NCBI GenBank assembly: GCA_027456085.1
Contig: DAIDVO010000114.1
Span: 1-46,628 of the forward strand
Source: Steroidobacteraceae bacterium
GTDB taxonomy: Bacteria; Pseudomonadota; Gammaproteobacteria; Steroidobacterales; Steroidobacteraceae
Direction of reading: 5' to 3'
Length of the DNA stretch: 46,628 nt
Below the pieces are notes generated by a model that saw nothing but the letters and a program-made list of their open reading frames with translations, was not told the origin of the DNA and searched no databases. The translations under genes and the position numbers were made by a program. Each line of letters starts with the position of its first letter. Within the stretch, counting starts at the first letter, position 1. This document shows, one piece after another, positions 11,118 to 20,622 of this stretch.

Positions 11118-11132
11118 TTAGCGGAGAAATAG

Positions 11133-11513
11133 ATGGCGCGTATCGCCGGCATCAATATCCCGATGAACAAGCATGTCGTCATCGGGTTGACCCATATTTT
11201 CGGCATCGGCAATCGCCGTGCGTCGCTGATCTGCGATGCGGCCGGCGTCAAGCACAGCGTCAAGGTCAAGGACTTGACCGACGCCGAGGTTGCTTCGCTG
11301 CGGTCCCAGGTAGCCAAGTTCGCGGTCGAAGGCGACCTGCGGCGCGAGGTGTCGATGAACATCAAGCGCCTGATGGACCTCGGCTGCTACCGCGGCATTC
11401 GGCATCGCAAAGGACTTCCGCTGCGCGGGCAGCGGACGCGCACCAACGCGCGCACCCGCAAGGGACCGCGCAAGCAGGCGGTCAAGATGAACGCACCGCC
11501 CGGCAAGGTATGA
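11133..11513 (+). CDS. rpsM: 30S ribosomal protein S13
   Basis: [26 protein letters not shown]... S13, 126 aa. Confidence 0.97.
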   Translation: MARIAGINIPMNKHVVIGLTHIFGIGNRRASLICDAAGVKHSVKVKDLTDAEVASLRSQVAKFAVEGDLRREVSMNIKRLMDLGCYRGIRHRKGLPLRGQRTRTNARTRKGPRKQAVKMNAPPGKV

Positions 11514-11530
11514 GGTAGATCGAGACAACC

Positions 11531-11956
11531 ATGGCTGATCAGAAACAGAATCCGAGTCAAGGCGGCGCCGGGCAGGGCGCGAAGCCGGCACGTAAGAAAG
11601 TGCGCAAGAACGTGCTCGACGCGATCGCGCATGTCCATGCCTCCTTCAACAACACGATCATCACGATCACGGACCGGCAGGGCAACACGCTCTCGTGGGC
11701 GACGTCGGGCGGCTGCGGATTCCGCGGATCTCGCAAGTCGACGCCGTTCGCGGCGCAGGTCGCCGCCGAGAGGGCGGGCACCGCGGCGCAGGAACACGGC
11801 GTGAAGAACGTCGAAGTTCGCGTCATGGGGCCGGGGCCCGGCCGCGAGTCGGCTGTGCGCGCGCTGAATGGCTGCGGTCTCAAGATCACGAACATCGAAG
11901 ACGTGACGCCGATCCCGCACAACGGGTGCCGTCCGCCGAAGAAGCGTCGCGTCTAA
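11531..11956 (+). CDS. rpsK: 30S ribosomal protein S11
   Basis: ...[29 protein letters not shown]...[27 protein letters not shown]11, 141 aa with a basic N-terminal extension. Confidence 0.96.
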   Translation: MADQKQNPSQGGAGQGAKPARKKVRKNVLDAIAHVHASFNNTIITITDRQGNTLSWATSGGCGFRGSRKSTPFAAQVAAERAGTAAQEHGVKNVEVRVMGPGPGRESAVRALNGCGLKITNIEDVTPIPHNGCRPPKKRRV

Positions 11957-11971
11957 CCTCAAGGGTTTGTA

Positions 11972-12595
11972 ATGGCTAAATATACCGGTCCCAAATGCAA
12001 ACTGTCGCGTCGCGAAGGCACGGATTTGTTCCTGAAGAGCGGCGTCAAGCCGCTCGAGTCCAAGTGCAAGCTCGAAGTGCCGCCGGGCGGCGTCAAGAGC
12101 GAGCGCAAGCAGCGGCTCTCCGAGTACGGGTTGCAGCTGCGTGAAAAGCAGAAGCTGCGCCGCATGTACGGCGTTCTCGAGCGTCAGTTCCGCAATTATT
12201 ACGAAAAGGCCGCAGGCCGTCCCGGTGCGACCGGCGAGACGCTGCTCCAATTCCTGGAATGCCGGCTGGACAACGTCGTCTACCGCATGGGGTTCGCCTC
12301 GACGCGCGCCGAGGCGCGGCAACTGGTGAGCCATAAGGCCGTTGCGGTCAACGACAAGCTCGTGAACATCGCCTCGTACCAGTGCAAGGCGGGCGACGTG
12401 GTCAATTTGCGCGAGAAGGCCAAGAAGCAGACTCGCGTTCAAGCCGCGCTGGCGATTGCCACGCAAGTCGGCTTTCCGGATTGGGTCGAAGTAGACGACA
12501 AGAAGATGTCGGGCGTTCTGAAGTCTGTGCCCGACCGCCAGGAAATCCTGCCGGACATCAACGAGAGCCTCGTCGTCGAGTTGTACTCCAAATAA
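11972..12595 (+). CDS. rpsD: 30S ribosomal protein S4
   Basis: [24 protein letters not shown]... S4, 207 aa. Confidence 0.97.
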   Translation: MAKYTGPKCKLSRREGTDLFLKSGVKPLESKCKLEVPPGGVKSERKQRLSEYGLQLREKQKLRRMYGVLERQFRNYYEKAAGRPGATGETLLQFLECRLDNVVYRMGFASTRAEARQLVSHKAVAVNDKLVNIASYQCKAGDVVNLREKAKKQTRVQAALAIATQVGFPDWVEVDDKKMSGVLKSVPDRQEILPDINESLVVELYSK

Positions 12596-12668
12596 CACGC
12601 AACGGCCCGATCAGCCCCGAGGGCTCGATGGGCGTTGAGTCCGCGATCAGTAAAGGTAGGTGGTATCC

Positions 12669-13673
12669 ATGCAGGGATCGATCAATGAATTTCTGAAGCC
12701 CCGGGTTGTCAAGGTACAGCCGGTTTCGCCGCGGCATGCGCGCATCGTGATCGAGCCGTTCGAACGCGGCTTCGGCCACACGCTCGGCAACGCCTTGCGC
12801 CGCGTGCTGCTGTCCTCGCTACCCGGCGCTGCGATCACCGAGATCGAAATCGAAGGCGTGCTCCACGAATACACGGCGATCGAAGGGGTACAAGAGGACG
12901 TCGTCGACATCCTTCTGAACTTGAAGGCGGTCGCGATTCGGATGCACTCGCGCGACGTCGCCGAGATCCGTCTCCACAAGAAGGGCCCGGGCCCGGTCAC
13001 GGCCGGCGACATTTCCGGCGACCACGACATAGAGATCCTCAATCCCGAACTCGTGATCGCGAACCTGACCAAGGCGGGCGAACTGTCGATGTCCCTGAAG
13101 GTCGAGCGCGGCCGCGGCTATCGACCGGCGGCCCAGCGCCTGGCGTTCGAGGAGCAAACGCGCGCGATCGGCCGGCTGCAGCTCGACGCATCGTTCAGTC
13201 CGGTGCGCAAAGTCACCTATAACGTCGAGAGCGCACGCGTCGAGCAGCGCACCGACCTCGATAAGCTGATTCTGGACATCGAAACCAACGGTACGATCGA
13301 TCCTGAGGAAGCCATTCGCCGCGCCGGCGGAATCCTCAAGGATCAGCTGTCCGTGTTCGTGGATCTCCAGGGCCAGGACGAGTCGACGTCCAAGGCGACC
13401 GAAACGCAGTTCGATCCGATTTTGCTGCGCCCGGTCGACGAACTCGAACTCACGGTGCGCAGCGCGAATTGCCTGAAGGCGGAGAACATCCACTACATCG
13501 GCGACTTGGTGCAACGCACCGAAGTCGAATTGCTGCGTACGCCGAATCTCGGCAAGAAGTCGCTGACCGAGATCAAAGAGGTTCTCGAGAGCCACGGCCT
13601 CACGCTGGGAATGCGCATCGACAATTGGCCGCCTCCGGGCTTGAAGCGCGACGATGAGCGCGACAGCATCTGA
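12669..13673 (+). CDS. rpoA: DNA-directed RNA polymerase subunit alpha
   Basis: [14 protein letters not shown]... plus the C-terminal domain motif ...[51 protein letters not shown] at 12669 preferred over GTG at 12660 (AGG SD at 12658-12660). Confidence 0.96.
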   Translation: MQGSINEFLKPRVVKVQPVSPRHARIVIEPFERGFGHTLGNALRRVLLSSLPGAAITEIEIEGVLHEYTAIEGVQEDVVDILLNLKAVAIRMHSRDVAEIRLHKKGPGPVTAGDISGDHDIEILNPELVIANLTKAGELSMSLKVERGRGYRPAAQRLAFEEQTRAIGRLQLDASFSPVRKVTYNVESARVEQRTDLDKLILDIETNGTIDPEEAIRRAGGILKDQLSVFVDLQGQDESTSKATETQFDPILLRPVDELELTVRSANCLKAENIHYIGDLVQRTEVELLRTPNLGKKSLTEIKEVLESHGLTLGMRIDNWPPPGLKRDDERDSI

Positions 13674-13698
13674 TCTGCGAATCTAAGGTCTCAAAAAC

Positions 13699-14136
13699 AT
13701 GCGTCATAGAAACAGCGGTCGTCAGTTATCGCGAAACTCGTCCCACCGGCATGCGTTAATGCGCAACATGGCCGCCTCGCTGTTGCGCCACGAGACCATC
13801 CGCACGACGGTGCCGAAGGCGAAGGAATTGCGCCGCGTCGTCGAGCCCTTGATCACGTTGGCGAAGGTCGACTCGCAGGCGAAGCGCCGCCTGGCGCTCG
13901 CGCGTCTGCGCGATGTAACCGTCGTCGATAAGCTGTTCGCCGACTTGGGGCCGCGCTTCAAGACGCGTGCCGGCGGCTATACCCGGATCCTCAAAATGGA
14001 GCCGCGGCCGGGCGATTCCGCCGACATGGCGCTGATGCAGCTCGTCGAGGCGACGCCGGCTCCTGCCGCCAAGCCGGCGGACGAGGATGCCGCGGCGAAG
14101 AAGCCGAAGCGGCGCAAGGCAAAAGCGGCCGCCTAG
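13699..14136 (+). CDS. rplQ: 50S ribosomal protein L17, with an Ala/Lys/Pro-rich C-terminal tail
   Basis: [25 protein letters not shown]... L17, 145 aa. Confidence 0.96.
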   Translation: MRHRNSGRQLSRNSSHRHALMRNMAASLLRHETIRTTVPKAKELRRVVEPLITLAKVDSQAKRRLALARLRDVTVVDKLFADLGPRFKTRAGGYTRILKMEPRPGDSADMALMQLVEATPAPAAKPADEDAAAKKPKRRKAKAAA

Positions 14137-14181
14137 AGCGCGCGGCTTGGCTTCACTTCAAACCTGAGGAGGCGGGCAGCG

Positions 14182-14580
14182 ATGAGCATAGCCAGCGAAT
14201 TCAAAGAGTTTGCGATGAAGGGGAACGTCGTCGACATGGCGGTGGGCGTCATAGTCGGTGTCGCATTCGGTAAGATCGTCTCGTCGCTCATCGCCGATGT
14301 GATCACGCCGGTACTCGGTAAGTTGATCGGCGGCGTGAATTTCACGGATCTCGCGATCAGCCTCGGTGCGGACCCCAAGGGCGCCGCGGTGCTGGTCAAA
14401 TACGGCGTATTCCTTCAGTCAATCTTCGATTTCCTGGTCATCACGTTCGTGCTGTTCCTCGCCCTGCGCGGCATCAACAAGCTCAAGAAGCCCGCGGCCG
14501 CGCCCGCCGCCCCGGCGGCTCCGCCGCGCCAGGAAGTGCTCCTCGAGGAAATTCGCGACGCTCTGCGGAACAACCGCTGA
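14182..14580 (+). CDS. mscL: Large-conductance mechanosensitive channel
   Basis: [43 protein letters not shown]... is near-colinear with E. coli MscL. GAGGAGG SD. Only 45 nt after rplQ, with no terminator seen. Confidence 0.93.
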   Translation: MSIASEFKEFAMKGNVVDMAVGVIVGVAFGKIVSSLIADVITPVLGKLIGGVNFTDLAISLGADPKGAAVLVKYGVFLQSIFDFLVITFVLFLALRGINKLKKPAAAPAAPAAPPRQEVLLEEIRDALRNNR

Positions 14581-14598
14581 ATTCGAGGGCGATCCGAT

Positions 14599-15927
14599 TC
14601 AGGCGCTCAAACGGCTGAATGCGTCCCGCGTCAGATTTTCAGGGCCGGCGGCGGTCGTGACCACGTTGTCTTCGATGCGGATGCCGCCGTAGGGCTTGAG
14701 CGCCGCGGCGAGCGTCCAATCGATGTGTTCGCGGCGCGCGTCCGCGTGCGCCGCCGCGAGCAGCGAATCGATGAAGTAGATTCCTGGTTCGACCGTGACG
14801 ACGACGCCAGGCTCAAGGAGCCGCGTGAGGCGTAGGTAGGGGTGCCCCTCGGGACGCTTGCGCTCATGGCCGGCGGCGTCCGCGAACACGCCGCCGACGT
14901 CGTGCACTTGGAGCCCGAGCAAGTGGCCGATGCCGTGCGGGAAGAACACGCTGGTGACGCCGCGCTCCATGGCCGCTTGCCCGGGCAAATTGGTGAGGCC
15001 TACGCGGTGCAAGAGGTCGCCGAGGGCGCGATGCGCCGACAGATGCACGTCGCGGTAATCCCGGCCGGGAACGATTTCGGCGCATAGCGCCCGCTGTGCG
15101 CGCTCGAGCTCCGTGATGAGGTCGGCGTAGGCGCCCGGCGCTGCGGCATGGCTGCGCGTTATATCGGCGGCATAGCCGCGGTACTGGGCGCCGGCGTCGA
15201 GCAGGAGCGAAAGCCGCGGCTGCGGCGCCGTGCGCTCGAGGCGCTGGTAATGCAGGATCGCGGCATGCTCGTTGTAGGCGACGATGTTGTTGTACGGCAT
15301 CTCCTCTTCGCGTTGTGAACAGGCGTCCAGATACGCAAGATGCGCGCCATACTCCGATTTGCCGTCGAGAAACGCCGAGAGCGCCGCGACGTGTCCGCGC
15401 GCTCCCAGCGCGTTCGCGCGGCGCATGCACTCGATCTCATAGTCGGTCTTGAGCGCGCGCTCGTAATGCAGGCGGGTCAACAGTTCGGGCGGATTGACCG
15501 CCTCGCGCTCGGCATCGCCGAACGCCTCGGGCGGGCCCACGAATGCGACCTTCCCGAGCTTTGCCCAGTGCCCCGCAGTTTCCGCGCTGCTTTGCACCGG
15601 GACGATGGACAGTTCCCGCGTCCAGGATTCCTGCGGAATCGGCGACGGCTTGTGCCAATAGTCGCTCGGCTGATGGAACAACAGCTTGGGGCGGTCGCCT
15701 GGCCTGTGGATGAGAACGCAGTGCGGAGTGTCCACGACCGGCACCCAGGCTTTGAAATGCGGATTCGGCTTGAACGGGTATTCCTGGTCGTCGAGGAACT
15801 GGACCGGCGCGCGTCCCGCATGAATTACCAAGGCATCGAAGCCGGCAGCGCCGAGCGCTTGGTCGGCGCGCCGCATCGAAGTGCGCAAATGCTCCGGATA
15901 CAGAAGATCTAGCTGGTCCGCACCCAC
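14599..15927 (-). CDS. pepQ: Xaa-Pro dipeptidase (prolidase, M24B)
   Basis: 442 aa, GTG start with GGAG SD. HGIGHLLGLQVHDVGG and EPGIYF metal-site motifs. N-terminal domain resembles PepQ. Confidence 0.88.
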   Translation of the reverse strand: MGADQLDLLYPEHLRTSMRRADQALGAAGFDALVIHAGRAPVQFLDDQEYPFKPNPHFKAWVPVVDTPHCVLIHRPGDRPKLLFHQPSDYWHKPSPIPQESWTRELSIVPVQSSAETAGHWAKLGKVAFVGPPEAFGDAEREAVNPPELLTRLHYERALKTDYEIECMRRANALGARGHVAALSAFLDGKSEYGAHLAYLDACSQREEEMPYNNIVAYNEHAAILHYQRLERTAPQPRLSLLLDAGAQYRGYAADITRSHAAAPGAYADLITELERAQRALCAEIVPGRDYRDVHLSAHRALGDLLHRVGLTNLPGQAAMERGVTSVFFPHGIGHLLGLQVHDVGGVFADAAGHERKRPEGHPYLRLTRLLEPGVVVTVEPGIYFIDSLLAAAHADARREHIDWTLAAALKPYGGIRIEDNVVTTAAGPENLTRDAFSRLSA

Positions 15928-16171
15928 GTTTTCTCCGCGAAAATTGACAGGACGTCGGATATTAAGATTACTTTAACTCAGAGCAGATCGCCCGCCGATT
16001 AACCCCGATGTCGAGCCGCTGCGTTAGCAGCGCGAGGCCTCGCCCCGAGCGGAAAAAGGATAGGAAAATACGCGAAAACACTCTAAACTGCCCGGCGACA
16101 TCTTGGTGAAGGCACAAGACCTGCAAGTCCGCCTACGTTGTTAAATCATTAATATCCTGGGGTATCGATAG

Positions 16172-16408
16172 ATGAAGACCAAACTAGTTATCAGCGCGAT
16201 CGCCGCCGCATTTGTTCTTTCCGCCTGCGGCAAGAAGACCGAGGCTCCGGCTCCTGCCGACACGACCGCTTCTGCTCCGGCTGCCGAAGCGCCCGCTTCC
16301 GCACCGGCGAGCGATGCGACGGCTGCCAGCGCCGCTGCTGATGCGACGGCGTCTGCGGCGTCTGCGGCCTCGACGGCCGCGCCTGATGCCTCTGCCGCGA
16401 AGCAATAA
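16172..16408 (+). CDS. Small lipoprotein with an Ala/Ser/Pro/Thr-rich low-complexity body
   Basis: Signal peptide plus lipobox MKTKLVISAIAAAFVLSAC|GKK. 78 aa. Followed by a hairpin terminator. Confidence 0.65.
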   Translation: MKTKLVISAIAAAFVLSACGKKTEAPAPADTTASAPAAEAPASAPASDATAASAAADATASAASAASTAAPDASAAKQ

Positions 16409-16434
16409 TACGCTTTAGTATTATTTGATCGCGT

Positions 16435-16484
16435 AGGCCCGGGCGGGCAGCCGAAAGGCTCGTTCGCCTGGGCCTTGTCTTTAT
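16435..16484 (+). terminator. Rho-independent terminator after the lipoprotein gene
   Basis: AGGCCCGGGCG ... CGCCTGGGCCT stem (one mismatch) followed by TGTCTTTAT. Confidence 0.6.
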
Positions 16485-16508
16485 GGCGGTAGGGAAACCG
16501 ATAGCACA

Positions 16509-17033
16509 GTGTCCGTCAGTATTCGTGACTGCAAATACTCGAAACGGGATCGGCAGTGGATTCAGGATGTCTATGGCGAGTATCTGGATTCCTTATCCGA
16601 CCTGAATACCGGCTTCTTTTCGGTGATCGGCGCGGACAATCCGCAGCGGGACGGCATTTTTGCGGATTGGTTCGCGAACGACCTAACGCACCCGCTCGTG
16701 ATCGCTCAAGGTTCCGAGCCGGCCGGATTCGCTCTGGTTTCGCGCCTGCGATTCCCGACCAGCGGCGAAAAGCCGGCTGATTACCGGATGTCCGAGTTCT
16801 TCGTGCGCCAGCGATACCGGCGCCACGGGATCGGTCGCGATGCCGCAACCTTGATTTTCGACCGGTTCGCCGGCGAGTGGGAAATCGTCGAATATCAGCG
16901 CAATCCCGGATCGGTGCGATTCTGGCGCAAGGTGCTGACCGGCTACTGCCGCGGCCGCTACACCGAATGGAGCGGAAACGGCGAGATTCGCCAGCGGTTC
17001 GTGAGCCAACCGAAGACCATGCCCAAATCCTGA
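16509..17033 (+). CDS. GNAT-family N-acetyltransferase
   Basis: 174 aa, GTG start. Acetyl-CoA motif FFVRQRYRRHGIGRDAA (Q/RxxGxG/A). Confidence 0.75.
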   Translation: MSVSIRDCKYSKRDRQWIQDVYGEYLDSLSDLNTGFFSVIGADNPQRDGIFADWFANDLTHPLVIAQGSEPAGFALVSRLRFPTSGEKPADYRMSEFFVRQRYRRHGIGRDAATLIFDRFAGEWEIVEYQRNPGSVRFWRKVLTGYCRGRYTEWSGNGEIRQRFVSQPKTMPKS

Positions 17034-17147
17034 ACGGGCGGCGCCATGGAGCCGCGGGTGGCCGTTGAGCCGTCATGCGGCGCCTGGGTCAGGGTTTCCC
17101 CGGCTCAAGAATTCCGTCCGCCGGTCGACTTCTCCGATTGTCTTCCC

Positions 17148-18041
17148 ATGACGAGCGCGAGGATTCAGGTGAATACCACAGACCCGCAAACTTCCTCCGA
17201 TGCCGCGTTTGGATTCATTCGGGCCCTGGCCGCGGAACTTTCCTCGGGCAACGTGGATTTACCGTCCTTTCCCGAGGTCGCGATTCGCCTACGGCGAATC
17301 CTTACGGATCCGGACTCGAGCCTCGAGACGGTGGTGCGGGTAGTCGGCTCCGAGCCTGCGCTTGCCGCGAGGCTCTTGAAGATCGCCAATTCGGCCGCGA
17401 TCAATACCGGCGGAAAGCAGGTAACGGACTTGCGCAGGGCGATCAATCGCATGGGCTACAACATGGTCCGCAGCGCGTCGATGTCGTTCGCGCTGGCGCA
17501 AATCCGCAACAACAGCGAACTCGCGGACGTCAAACACTACCTGGATGAATTATGGGAGCGCAGCACGCAGGTCGCGGCGTTCGCCTACGTCCTCGCGCGC
17601 GCCAGCGAGCAAATCAATCCCGACGAGGCGATGCTCACGGGGATGATGCACGGCATCGGCAAGCTCTATGTGATTACGCGCGTCGTCGATCACCCGGAAT
17701 TGTTCGCGAGCGCCGCTGCGGTCAATCAAATCATCGAGGATTGGCACGCGCAGATCGGCAAAGCAATCATGGAGAATTGGGAATTCGGCGATGAGATGGT
17801 CGCCGCGGTCGGCGGCCAGGACGACATGCACCGCGAGGGAATCGAAACGGCGGATTTGTGCGACATCATCGCGGTGGCGAATCGGATGGCTTCATTCGCG
17901 TCGGATGTCGATGGCTTGCGCTTGGCGATCGACGGCCTCGCCGCCGCCGGGCGCCTGCGCATGAGCGACGAAAAGATGCGCATCGTCATGCATGACAGCG
18001 CGGCCGAGGTGGCCGCGCTGCGCAACGCGCTCGGCGCTTGA
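17148..18041 (+). CDS. Stand-alone HDOD-domain signalling protein
   Basis: ...LPSFPEVAIRLRRILTDPDSSLETVVRVVGSEPALAARLLKIANSAA... is the typical HDOD N-terminal signature. The start could also be 17046. Confidence 0.78.
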   Translation: MTSARIQVNTTDPQTSSDAAFGFIRALAAELSSGNVDLPSFPEVAIRLRRILTDPDSSLETVVRVVGSEPALAARLLKIANSAAINTGGKQVTDLRRAINRMGYNMVRSASMSFALAQIRNNSELADVKHYLDELWERSTQVAAFAYVLARASEQINPDEAMLTGMMHGIGKLYVITRVVDHPELFASAAAVNQIIEDWHAQIGKAIMENWEFGDEMVAAVGGQDDMHREGIETADLCDIIAVANRMASFASDVDGLRLAIDGLAAAGRLRMSDEKMRIVMHDSAAEVAALRNALGA

Positions 18042-18042
18042 G

Positions 18043-18056
18043 GCCCGCCGGCGGGC
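18043..18056. terminator. GC palindrome between the convergent stops (possible short bidirectional terminator)
   Basis: GCCCGCCGGCGGGC is a perfect 14-nt palindrome lying exactly between the HDOD TGA (18039-18041) and the aminotransferase TAA (18059-18061). No U-tract. Confidence 0.25.
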
Positions 18057-18058
18057 GA

Positions 18059-19252
18059 TTAATCCATGACGCGGCAGATCGCGTCGGCCAGGTAAGCGAC
18101 GTTTTGCGGCATCACACCCGCCAAATTCATGCGGCTGTCGGCCGTCATGTAGACGTGATGTTCCTCGCGCAATCGATCGACCGCTTGCGTGGATGCACCG
18201 AGCAGGGAAAACATGCCCTTCTGGCTGCGCAAGAAGCCGTAGCCGTCGTCGTCGCGCAAACGCCGCAGATTATCCGCGAGCAGCCCGCGCATTTCCCGAA
18301 TGCGCCCGCGCATTGCCGCAAGCTCGCTCATCCATAGGCTGCGCAACTCCGGCGTTGCGAAAATGTGCGCGGCGATCGCGGCGCCGTGATCCGGCGGCAT
18401 GGAATAGATGCTGCGGGCGATTTGCAGCACATGGCTCTTCACCGCCGCGGCATGACTTGCGTCGTTGCCGACGACGATCAGTGCGCCGACGCGCTCGCGA
18501 TAGAGGCCCAGATTCTTCGAGAACGAGGTCGCGATCAAGCATTCCGGAACGCTTTGCGCAACGAAACGCACGCCGGCGGCGTCGGCGTCAACGTCCTCGC
18601 CGAACCCCTGGTAGGCAAGGTCGAGGTATGGCACCAGGCGCCGGCGCTGTAGAATTTCGACGACCGCACGCCACTCGTCCGCGCCGAGATCCGCTCCGCT
18701 CGGGTTGTGGCAACAGGCATGGATCAACACGACGTCGCCCTGCGCCGCGCCGTTCAAGTGTTCCAGCATCGCATCGGTGCGCAGTCGGTGCGCGCTCGCG
18801 TCATAATACGGGTAGCGCAGGAGCCGCAAGCCGGAGCTTCCGAGCAGCGGCGCGTGGTTGCCCCAGGTCGGATCGCTGATGTGAACCGCGCTGGCCGGCG
18901 CGGCCGCGCGGATCAATTCCGCACCGACGCGCAGCGCGCCGCAGCCGCCGGGGGCTTGAACGGTGACCGCGCGGCGATCGCGCACCGCCGGATGCGCGGC
19001 GCCGAGCACGAAATCGGCCACGGCATCGTTGAATTCAGCGCGGCCGGCGGCGGCAACATAGGATTTCGTCGTTTGCTCGGCGAGTACGCTGCGCTCGGCA
19101 GCGCGCACGCACTCCAGCACAGGCGTATTGCCGTGCGCGTCGCGGAAGACGCCGACCCCGAGGTCGACTTTCAACGGCGAGGAATCGGCACGGAACTTCG
19201 CCATGAGCCCGAGGATCGCGTCCTCGCTCAGGCGGATCATCGACTGGAACAA
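18059..19252 (-). CDS. Aspartate/aromatic-amino-acid aminotransferase (class I, AspC/TyrB type)
   Basis: 397 aa. ...KVDLGVGVFRDAHGNTPVL... and the PLP-lysine motif SFSKNLGLYRERVGAL. Confidence 0.9.
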   Translation of the reverse strand: MFQSMIRLSEDAILGLMAKFRADSSPLKVDLGVGVFRDAHGNTPVLECVRAAERSVLAEQTTKSYVAAAGRAEFNDAVADFVLGAAHPAVRDRRAVTVQAPGGCGALRVGAELIRAAAPASAVHISDPTWGNHAPLLGSSGLRLLRYPYYDASAHRLRTDAMLEHLNGAAQGDVVLIHACCHNPSGADLGADEWRAVVEILQRRRLVPYLDLAYQGFGEDVDADAAGVRFVAQSVPECLIATSFSKNLGLYRERVGALIVVGNDASHAAAVKSHVLQIARSIYSMPPDHGAAIAAHIFATPELRSLWMSELAAMRGRIREMRGLLADNLRRLRDDDGYGFLRSQKGMFSLLGASTQAVDRLREEHHVYMTADSRMNLAGVMPQNVAYLADAICRVMD

Positions 19253-19350
19253 GATATTGGCCCCTATTGACGGCAGGCGGCAGTATAGCCGATGCGCGCG
19301 CAGTCATAATATTGCTAAGCTCGCACCCCCGCGGTTTCGGAGGCGCTTTG

Positions 19351-20610
19351 GTGAAGGAGATGGCCGGTAAGTGGCTGCCTATTCTCGTGCTTTGCACGCT
19401 GGCGTGCGCATCGGCGCATGCCGCGGCCGGCGACGCTCCCACGGGCCTTGCGCGCTGGCTGGACCCCGCGACCGCGCCGTTCATACCGGTGCCGGAAATC
19501 GACATCGACCCGAACAGCGGCACGACTCTCGGTCTGATTCCGACGTGGATCGTGACCGACGACAAAGCGCAAATCCGCCAGATCATCGCGCCCGACATCC
19601 TTCACAACCCGAATTTCGGCTGGGGCGCGCGCGGTCGGATTTTCGCCTATCCGTCGGAAGACACCCAGTGGTCCGTCGTCGGGGGCGCCAAACAGCGCGT
19701 GGAAAGCGAATTCGACTACGAATATCAGACGGGTCGTTTGCGCGCTAGCCGCTGGTCGTTTGCGGCGAGCGTCGTCTACGACCGCAGCGGCACGCCGCGC
19801 TTCTACGGGATCGGCAACCGTTCGCCGGTCATCGACGAGACCAATTACACCTTGCAGCAGAAATACATTCAGACGACGCTCGGATGGAACCTGACGCACG
19901 CCTGGCAGATCTCCTACACGCTGCGCGTACGCGCGGTCGCGGTTCAACCGGGATCGCTGATCAAGATCGCCTCGATCCAGACGCGGTTTTTGGGCCTGCT
20001 CGGGATCGGTTTGAATCACGAGATCCTGCACCGCGCGGCGATTACCTATGACACCCGCAATGATGCGACCGTGCCGACGGCCGGCGGCGCGTACAGCGTC
20101 TTCGGCGGCATTGCCGCAAGAACCGGCATGTTCGACGACTCTCTCTACAGCGTCGTCGGCATCGATTTGCGCCAGTTCTGGCCGGTATCGGCGAACGCGG
20201 TGCTCGCCGCACATATCGCGCTGCGCTACATGCCGGGCCTGACGAACGTGCCGTTCTGGAGCCTGTCGAGCATCGGCGGCGATCGCAGCGTGCTCGGCGA
20301 GGAACAGCCGCTGCGCGGCTTCGGCGCGGGGCGCTTCTACGGCCGCAATTCCTTTTCCTCGAGCATCGAGTATCGCCGCCGTGTACTCTCGCTCAACGCC
20401 ATGGGCACTCATATGGATATCGAACTCGCGCCATTCATCGACATCGGCGACGTCTTCCAGCACTCGCGGCAATCGCCGGTCACGCATCTGCACCACGTCG
20501 TGGGACTTGGGTTTCGGGGCATCGCGCGGCCCTTCGTCGTCGGCTACGTCGATATCGGCTACGGCAGCGAAGGCGCCGCGGTATTCACCGGCATCAACTA
20601 CCCGTTTTGA
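19351..20610 (+). CDS. Omp85/BamA-family outer-membrane beta-barrel with no recognisable POTRA region
   Basis: Signal peptide (M)KEMAGKWLPILVLCTLACASAHA|AAGD. Barrel motifs LRGFGAGRFYG, GLGFRG, VDIGYG. Terminal ...GINYPF (C-terminal Phe). GTG at 19351 preferred (GGAGG SD); ORF track start is 19267. Confidence 0.75.
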   Translation: MKEMAGKWLPILVLCTLACASAHAAAGDAPTGLARWLDPATAPFIPVPEIDIDPNSGTTLGLIPTWIVTDDKAQIRQIIAPDILHNPNFGWGARGRIFAYPSEDTQWSVVGGAKQRVESEFDYEYQTGRLRASRWSFAASVVYDRSGTPRFYGIGNRSPVIDETNYTLQQKYIQTTLGWNLTHAWQISYTLRVRAVAVQPGSLIKIASIQTRFLGLLGIGLNHEILHRAAITYDTRNDATVPTAGGAYSVFGGIAARTGMFDDSLYSVVGIDLRQFWPVSANAVLAAHIALRYMPGLTNVPFWSLSSIGGDRSVLGEEQPLRGFGAGRFYGRNSFSSSIEYRRRVLSLNAMGTHMDIELAPFIDIGDVFQHSRQSPVTHLHHVVGLGFRGIARPFVVGYVDIGYGSEGAAVFTGINYPF

Positions 20611-20622
20611 TCGCGGCCATGC

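Noticed and set aside
16184-16418. Alternative-frame and antisense ORFs (73 aa and 68 aa) over the low-complexity lipoprotein gene
   Set aside because: These are poly-Arg/Pro translations produced by the GC-rich repeat. Only the 16172 frame has a signal peptide plus lipobox and a start with upstream AT-rich DNA.
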